In this document: positions 58,588 to 64,000 of the stretch, piece by piece | Layout of the letters: each line of letters opens with the position of its first letter | Numbering within the stretch: position 1 is the stretch's first letter | DNA from: a bacterium | Lineage (GTDB): Bacteria; Bacillota; Limnochordia; DTU080; RSA5 | Assembly: GCA_002919195.1 (NCBI GenBank) | Contig: PKEU01000137.1 | Location: 1,602-65,601, forward strand | DNA length: 64,000 nucleotides | Direction: 5' to 3' | Program-made: the position numbers and the translations under genes | Notes under the pieces: model-generated | Told to the model about the DNA's origin: nothing | The model's database searches: none | The model's input: the letters and a program-made list of their open reading frames with translations, nothing else

Positions 58588-59933
58588 CCGATCCAAAGCG
58601 GTGCACCCCCGACAAGGGCTTCGCCAGGCACCGGGAAAATTCCTCCAATCACGAGCCCTTTCGCGGGGACGGCGCTGTCGGCCACGCCCAAACCCGCTTC
58701 GTAGGCCATCCACTCGGCCAGAACTCCGTAGCCTCGCAAGGGATCGTTGATAAAGACGTGCGTTACGGCTCCGATCAACTTCCCGTCTTGAAGGATGGGG
58801 CTGCCGCTCATGCCCTGCACGATGCCGTTGGTCCGGGCGATCAGGCGGGGATCGCTCACCCGGATCACAAGCCCCTTGCCTCCGGGCCGGGACTGCCGGT
58901 GCACCGCCAGCACCTCAACCTCAAAGGCCTCGACATGCTTGCCATCGAGGACGGTCAAGATCTCCGCCTTTCCCTCTTTAATCTCGTGGCTCAGGGCGAT
59001 GGGCACTGGGTCGGCCACGGCCTCCGGCGGCCTCATGAGCTTTCCGAAAATCCCCACCGGCGTGTTTTTCTCGATGGTGCCCATGGCCTCCCCCGGTTCA
59101 AAGACCCCTACCTTTTCTCCGGGCCGGCCTCGCCCGCTGGGATTGATCCCGTGGATGAGGGCGGGCACGATGAGCCCGTCCGAAAGGGTGGGCGCCTCGC
59201 CGCCTTGCGCTACCATGTGCCCCAGGGCGCCGTAGCGGCCCGAAACGGGATCCCAAAAGGTGAGCGTGCCCACCCCGGCCGCGGGATCTTTGACGTAAAC
59301 GCCCAGCATGTGCCGCATGCGGTTGCGCTCGGGATCCCGCGCCAGTTGGGGTCTAACGACCACCCGGACCTCCTTGTCGCCCCGGCGGATCAAAAGCGGG
59401 AGCTCCCTGCCCTGGCGTCCATAACTTTGGACCACTTGCTCAAGCTCCAGTGGATGACTGACAGGCTCGCCCCCTGCTTCGACGATGATGTCGCCCGCCC
59501 TCACCCCTGCCTCCTCCGCCGGCCAACGGTGCGAGCCGTCGGCCAGCAGCACCGGGGCCGTGCGGACCACGACGAGGCCTTGGGAACTTAAAAGGATCCC
59601 CACCGCCTGCCCACCCGGGATGACCGACGTCTCGGGGACCACCCGCACCAGCGCCCGCTGCAGCGGCAGCCACCCCAAGAGCCTCAGCTCGACTTCATAT
59701 TGGCTCAAAGGCTCCTCTAAGACATCTCCGTCAGCCGCTCGAGCCGGCGGGAGCGGGACCAGGGTGAAAAAAGGCCCCGAGTCGAAAGCCACTTCTTGCC
59801 CGGGAAATACCCTGAGCTCGTCGGGAAAGGATAAGAGGACGCCCACAGGTTGGGCTGCTGCAAAGAGAAGAAAACCAAAGAAAAAGGCCCAGAGCCACCG
59901 GCGATAGCAAGCCCGCATGCTCACGCGCACCAC
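58584..59933 (-). CDS. spoIVB: SpoIVB peptidase (S55).
   Basis: PDZ domain plus a serine protease domain (GIVQGMSGSPI). It lies upstream of spo0A, as in Bacillus. Its stop overlaps the spo0A ATG. Confidence 0.85.
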   Translation of the reverse strand: MVRVSMRACYRRWLWAFFFGFLLFAAAQPVGVLLSFPDELRVFPGQEVAFDSGPFFTLVPLPPARAADGDVLEEPLSQYEVELRLLGWLPLQRALVRVVPETSVIPGGQAVGILLSSQGLVVVRTAPVLLADGSHRWPAEEAGVRAGDIIVEAGGEPVSHPLELEQVVQSYGRQGRELPLLIRRGDKEVRVVVRPQLARDPERNRMRHMLGVYVKDPAAGVGTLTFWDPVSGRYGALGHMVAQGGEAPTLSDGLIVPALIHGINPSGRGRPGEKVGVFEPGEAMGTIEKNTPVGIFGKLMRPPEAVADPVPIALSHEIKEGKAEILTVLDGKHVEAFEVEVLAVHRQSRPGGKGLVIRVSDPRLIARTNGIVQGMSGSPILQDGKLIGAVTHVFINDPLRGYGVLAEWMAYEAGLGVADSAVPAKGLVIGGIFPVPGEALVGGAPLWIG

Positions 59934-59980
59934 TCCCTGGGGCGTAGCATGCCCGGGGCCTGCTGGGGGCAGTAACCTTA

Positions 59981-61714
59981 TTAGCTGGCTGTTTTGGCTT
60001 GCTGGGCCATGGCAAGCAGCGCTTTGGCGTGGTCAAAGCTGGTGGGGGTCGAACGGCCGTCCAGCATGCGCGCGATCTCCCACACCCGCTCCTCGCCCTC
60101 AAGCTGCCGCACGGAGACCGTGGTCCGGTCGCCTTCCGCGTCCTTGCTGACGGCCAGGTGGCGGTCAGCCCGCGCCGCGATTTGCGCGAGGTGGGTGACC
60201 ACCAGCACCTGGTGGGTCCGCGCCAGCTCGACCAAGGCGTCCGCGACGCGCTCGGCGGTTTCGCCGCCGATACCCGCGTCCACCTCGTCAAAGATCAGGG
60301 TTGCTGCCGGGTCGACCGCCGCCAAAGTCGCCTTGATGGCCAGAGCGACGCGAGACATTTCGCCGCCCGATGCGATCTTGGCCAAGGGCCGGGGCTCTTC
60401 TCCAGGGTTTGCCGAAAAGAGGAACTCCACCCGGTCGACGCCGCGGCGGCCGACGAAAAGCCGCCGGCCGTCGATCTCGACGCCCTGGGGATCTTCTTGG
60501 ACGCTGAAAGCCACTTCAAAGCGGGCGTGCGGCATCGCGAGCGCCCTCAGCCGTTCACTGACCGAGGCTTCGATGCCTGCCGCGGCCTTGCGCCTTGCCT
60601 TCGAGAGGCTTTGCGCCGCCTGCGACAGCTCCTTTTCCACGGAAGCCAGCCTTCGCTCGAGCTCCAGCAGGCGCTCCTCCGAGCTCGTCAATGCGTCCAG
60701 CTCGGCTTGAGCGTCTTGGGCAAAGGCGAGGATCTCCTCGACGGTCGCGCCGTACTTGCGCTTGAGCCGGTTGATCTCTTCGAGCCGGCTTTCCACTTGG
60801 GACAAACGCTCCGGATCGGCTGCCAGCTGTCCCAGGTACCGCCGCAGATCGTGGGCGACCTCCTGCATCGATACGACCGCTTGCTCCAGCGCGTCGACGA
60901 GCGGCGCAAGTTGCGGATCGTACTCCACAAGACCTTGGAGCCTCTCCAAGGCACTGCCTGCGAGATCCACGGCGCTCCTTGCGCCGGGGCCGCCCTCGTA
61001 AACTTCCCCGTAGGATTGCCGTACGCCGTCCACGATCCGCTCGACGTGGGCCAGGCGGGCCCGCTCGGCTTCTAGTTCGGCGTCTTCTCCCGGCGAAAGC
61101 TGCGCGGCGGCGATCTCCTGGATCTGGTACGTCAAGAGATCCTCGAGGCGAGCCCGCTCCCGCTCCCCCTCTCGGAGCCGCTCAATCTCTTGGAGCAGTC
61201 CATCCCGCTCCTCGACCAAGCGGCTCACCTGTTCGCGCAAGCCCAAAATCGCGTCGCCGCCGAGGGCGTCGAGGAGGTCGAGGTGGGAGGAGGGGTGAAA
61301 GAGCGACTGGTGGTCGTGCTGCCCGTGGATGTCGACCAGGACTTTCCCGATCTCCGCCAGCGCCGAAACGTTGGCTAAACGCCCGTTGATCCGGCATTTG
61401 CTCCGCCCCGCCGCCGAGATCTCGCGGACCAAGATCACCGTGTCGTCGCCGTCGCCTGCTTGGACGTCCAACGCCGCGAGGCGCTCCTGGACAGCCGGGG
61501 CCGTGGCGAGAAAGGCCCCCTCAAGGATGGCCCGCTCCCTTCCCTGGCGCACGTGGTCGGCGCCCACGCGGCCCCCGATCAGCGCCGAGACCGCGTCGAT
61601 GATGATCGATTTGCCAGCGCCCGTCTCACCGGTCAACACGTTGAGACCTGGCCCAAACTCAATCTCCACGCGGCCGGCCAGGGCGAAGTCCTGGATGTGG
61701 AGGGCGAGGAGCAC
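59981..61714 (-). CDS. recN: DNA repair protein RecN.
   Basis: Carries Walker A (GETGAGKSIIIDA), an SMC-like coiled coil, and a Walker B/ABC signature near the C-terminus (LIFDEVDAGIGG). Confidence 0.9.
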   Translation of the reverse strand: MLLALHIQDFALAGRVEIEFGPGLNVLTGETGAGKSIIIDAVSALIGGRVGADHVRQGRERAILEGAFLATAPAVQERLAALDVQAGDGDDTVILVREISAAGRSKCRINGRLANVSALAEIGKVLVDIHGQHDHQSLFHPSSHLDLLDALGGDAILGLREQVSRLVEERDGLLQEIERLREGERERARLEDLLTYQIQEIAAAQLSPGEDAELEAERARLAHVERIVDGVRQSYGEVYEGGPGARSAVDLAGSALERLQGLVEYDPQLAPLVDALEQAVVSMQEVAHDLRRYLGQLAADPERLSQVESRLEEINRLKRKYGATVEEILAFAQDAQAELDALTSSEERLLELERRLASVEKELSQAAQSLSKARRKAAAGIEASVSERLRALAMPHARFEVAFSVQEDPQGVEIDGRRLFVGRRGVDRVEFLFSANPGEEPRPLAKIASGGEMSRVALAIKATLAAVDPAATLIFDEVDAGIGGETAERVADALVELARTHQVLVVTHLAQIAARADRHLAVSKDAEGDRTTVSVRQLEGEERVWEIARMLDGRSTPTSFDHAKALLAMAQQAKTAS

Positions 61715-61727
61715 GACGATCCTCCTC

Positions 61728-62219
61728 TCACGACTCTTCCTTCCACGAGCGAAACATGCGCCACAGCTCGGTGGGCCGCCCGGGTGGGGGCTGGCTCTGC
61801 CCGTCGGAAAGCACCACTAAGATCGCGTCATCGCCGGCCACCGTGCCGACCACGCCGTCGATCTCGACGCTGTCCAGCGCGGCGGCCACCACTTGGGCGC
61901 TGCCCGGCGTCGTCTTGAGGAAAATGAGATGACCGGAAAACGCGATGTCGACCACAAAATCACGAAACGCCCGCTGCACCCTGCCCAGGGCGTCCGCAGG
62001 GAGGCTCGTGACCGGCGGAGCGGCGTAACGGTACGTCCCGTCTTCGCCTGCCACTTTGATGAGGCGCAACTCCCTCACGTCCCGGGAGATGGTGGCTTGC
62101 GCGACGTCAAAGCCGGCCCGGCGGAGCTCAGCCGCCAGCTCTTCTTGTGTGCCGACCGCCTTTTCGCGGATGATGCTCAAGATCGCCCGGTGGCGCTCCT
62201 CCTTGGCGGATGTCACCAT
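61728..62219 (-). CDS. argR: Arginine repressor.
   Basis: Winged-helix N-terminus (QEELAAELRRAGFDVAQATISRDVREL) plus a C-terminal oligomerisation domain (GTVAGDDAILV). Confidence 0.85.
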   Translation of the reverse strand: MVTSAKEERHRAILSIIREKAVGTQEELAAELRRAGFDVAQATISRDVRELRLIKVAGEDGTYRYAAPPVTSLPADALGRVQRAFRDFVVDIAFSGHLIFLKTTPGSAQVVAAALDSVEIDGVVGTVAGDDAILVVLSDGQSQPPPGRPTELWRMFRSWKEES

Positions 62220-62229
62220 GGGACCTCCT

Positions 62230-63078
62230 CTAATCCTTTCCCAGGAGCAAACGGTTGTGAATCAGCGTGTAGAAGTTGCGGTTGTCGAAGCTGATCAGCC
62301 GTGCCGGCTTGGACGCCCGGTAGACTACCACCTGATCCCGCGCTTTCAAGCTGACTCCCTCTTGCCCGTCGACAGTGAGCATGGCATCATCCCGCGACAA
62401 TATGCGGATCGTCACCCGCTGCTCGGGCATCGTGAGGATGGTGCGCGCCCCGATGGTGTGCGGGCAGATGGGCGTGACGATCAACGCTTCGACTCCGGGA
62501 TGGACGATGGGACCCCCTGCCGATAAGGAGTAGGCCGTCGAGCCGGTGGGCGTCGCGACGATGACGCCGTCGGCCAGAAACGTCCCCACCACCGCGCCGT
62601 CGATCAGGGTTTCAAATTCGATGACCCGGGCAAAGACGCCGCGGGTGACGGCCGCGTCGTTGAGGCCGAAAAAGGCGGCCGCCTTTTTCCCTTCACGGAA
62701 CACTTCCGCTTTGAGCATCAGCCGCTCCTCGACGCTGTACTCGCCGCGAAACACCCGGAGGAGCGCGTCCTTGACGCCCGCGGGCTCCACCGCCGTCAAG
62801 AAGCCCAGGTGGCCCAGGTTGACGCCGAGGATGGGAACGCCGTGAGGCGCCGCCCGCCGCGCCGCTTTTAACAGGGCGCCGTCGCCGCCTAGCACCAACG
62901 CGACGCCCGCCTTTTTCAGTTCTTCGTCATCCCCCGCCAGATCGGGACGGCCCAAAAGAGAGGCAGCCTCCGGTTCGAGCCAAAGGGGCACGGACCGCTC
63001 TTCGAGCCAAGCGATCAGGTCTTTGGCTAGCTCCAGGGCGTCGTCCTTTCCCGAATGGGGCATCAGGGCGACTTTCAA
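62230..63078 (-). CDS. nadK: NAD kinase.
   Basis: Carries the LVLGGDGALL (GGDG) motif and NxGxLGFL. Confidence 0.85.
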   Translation of the reverse strand: MKVALMPHSGKDDALELAKDLIAWLEERSVPLWLEPEAASLLGRPDLAGDDEELKKAGVALVLGGDGALLKAARRAAPHGVPILGVNLGHLGFLTAVEPAGVKDALLRVFRGEYSVEERLMLKAEVFREGKKAAAFFGLNDAAVTRGVFARVIEFETLIDGAVVGTFLADGVIVATPTGSTAYSLSAGGPIVHPGVEALIVTPICPHTIGARTILTMPEQRVTIRILSRDDAMLTVDGQEGVSLKARDQVVVYRASKPARLISFDNRNFYTLIHNRLLLGKD

Positions 63079-63134
63079 ATCGATCTCACCTTTTAGGAAT
63101 CATCGATCTTTCGACTGCGAAAAGCCCGCGCATG

Positions 63135-63950
63135 TTACATGAGGGCTTCGTGAGCTTGCGCGACCACCTGCGAGACCGTCTCAGCGTCTACCGATGAGGT
63201 TGTCTCGCCCTGAGGGCTGCGTTTCCACCACACGAAAAACTCGATGTTTCCTTTGGGACCTAAAACCGGCGAATAAGTGAGGGCGATGGGCCTCCATCCC
63301 AAAGCTCCCGCTCCAGCAAGAAGGTTTTGGATCACTTCGCGGTGCACGCCGGCATCGCGGACCACGCCGCCTTTTCCCACCGCCCTCCGCCCCGCTTCAA
63401 ACTGGGGTTTGATCAGCGCGACGACGTCCCCGTCGTCCTTGAGGGTCCCTTGGGCGGCGGGGAGTATTTTGATGAGCGAAATAAAGGAGACGTCGATCAC
63501 GATCAGGTCGGCCCGGGGAAGATCTCCCGGTTGCACGTGGCGGAAGTTGGTCCGTTCGACGACGACCACGCGCGGGTCTTGCCGGAGTTTCCAATCCAGC
63601 TGGCCGTAGCCGACATCGACGGCGTACACCCTGGCTGCGCCCCGCTGCAGCAGGCAGTCGGTAAACCCGCCCGTCGACGCGCCGACGTCGATGCACGTCC
63701 GTCCGGCCACAAGGACGCCAAACCGGTCGAGAGCGTGCTCCAATTTCAGACCGCCCCGGCTGACATAAGGGTTGGCAGGCCCGCGCACTTCCAGCTGGGC
63801 GTCGGGAGAAACCGCGCTTCCCGCTTTACCTGCCCTTTGGCCGTCGACATAGACCACTCCGGCCATGATCGCAGCCTTGGCCTTAGCCCGGGTGGGAAAG
63901 AGCCCCCGCTCGACTAACAGAGCGTCTAAACGCACACCTTTTCTTGCCAC
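63135..63950 (-). CDS. tlyA: TlyA-family rRNA 2'-O-methyltransferase.
   Basis: S4 domain N-terminus ([30 protein letters not shown]) followed by an FtsJ-like methyltransferase domain ([13 protein letters not shown]). Confidence 0.85.
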   Translation of the reverse strand: MARKGVRLDALLVERGLFPTRAKAKAAIMAGVVYVDGQRAGKAGSAVSPDAQLEVRGPANPYVSRGGLKLEHALDRFGVLVAGRTCIDVGASTGGFTDCLLQRGAARVYAVDVGYGQLDWKLRQDPRVVVVERTNFRHVQPGDLPRADLIVIDVSFISLIKILPAAQGTLKDDGDVVALIKPQFEAGRRAVGKGGVVRDAGVHREVIQNLLAGAGALGWRPIALTYSPVLGPKGNIEFFVWWKRSPQGETTSSVDAETVSQVVAQAHEALM

Positions 63951-64000
63951 GTCACAACCTGCCGGTGGCGGCCTCGGACGATTGCCGCTGGCCCAAAAGT

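Overview
The window is a ~68% GC chromosomal segment of an endospore-forming Firmicute-type bacterium; gene content and order resemble Symbiobacterium-like thermophiles, but that is inference only.

Part 1: the backbone is housekeeping and sporulation genes with strongly Bacillus-like synteny. On the minus strand, 3'->5', the order is tlyA-nadK-argR-recN-spoIVB-spo0A, then a steA/steB-glycosyltransferase block, a DinG-type helicase, pdaB/pdaA, an M16 peptidase, dut, ymxH, and spoVFA-spoVFB-asd-dapG-dapA-rnj-tepA-ylzJ. A dcw-cluster tail (yggS-sepF-proC-yggT-ylmH-divIVA) and sleB-ypeB are also present. Further genes include aconitase, a sugar ABC transporter, a sugar-acid catabolic cluster (ThuA, SDR, OtnK-like kinase, Gfo/Idh/MocA, UxaA-type dehydratase subunits) and several peptidases and hydrolases. 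The long 'ORFs' antisense or out-of-frame to these genes are high-GC artefacts and are listed as rejected. No rRNA, tRNA, CRISPR array or obvious mobile element was seen.

Part 2, in order of interest:
- A YuzD/DUF1462-type thioredoxin-fold gene (36215..36855, minus) has an in-frame UGA exactly at the second Cys of its CxxC motif, followed 10 nt later by a hairpin. This is a candidate selenoprotein with a CxxU active site.
- A lysine riboswitch (L-box) with intrinsic terminator and sigma-A-type promoter lies in the ~300-nt leader of dapB (45804..46106, minus).
- A second UxaA large-subunit paralog (22633..23760, minus) carries an in-frame TGA plus a downstream hairpin; it is either a pseudogene or recoded.
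- A possible spore-surface island sits between sleB-ypeB and tepA-ylzJ (33143..36860).
- Actinobacterial-type SteA/SteB sit directly upstream of spo0A (54313..57812).
- Smaller observations: a SigK-like promoter for spoVF, a frameshifted TPR remnant, and several other minor oddities.
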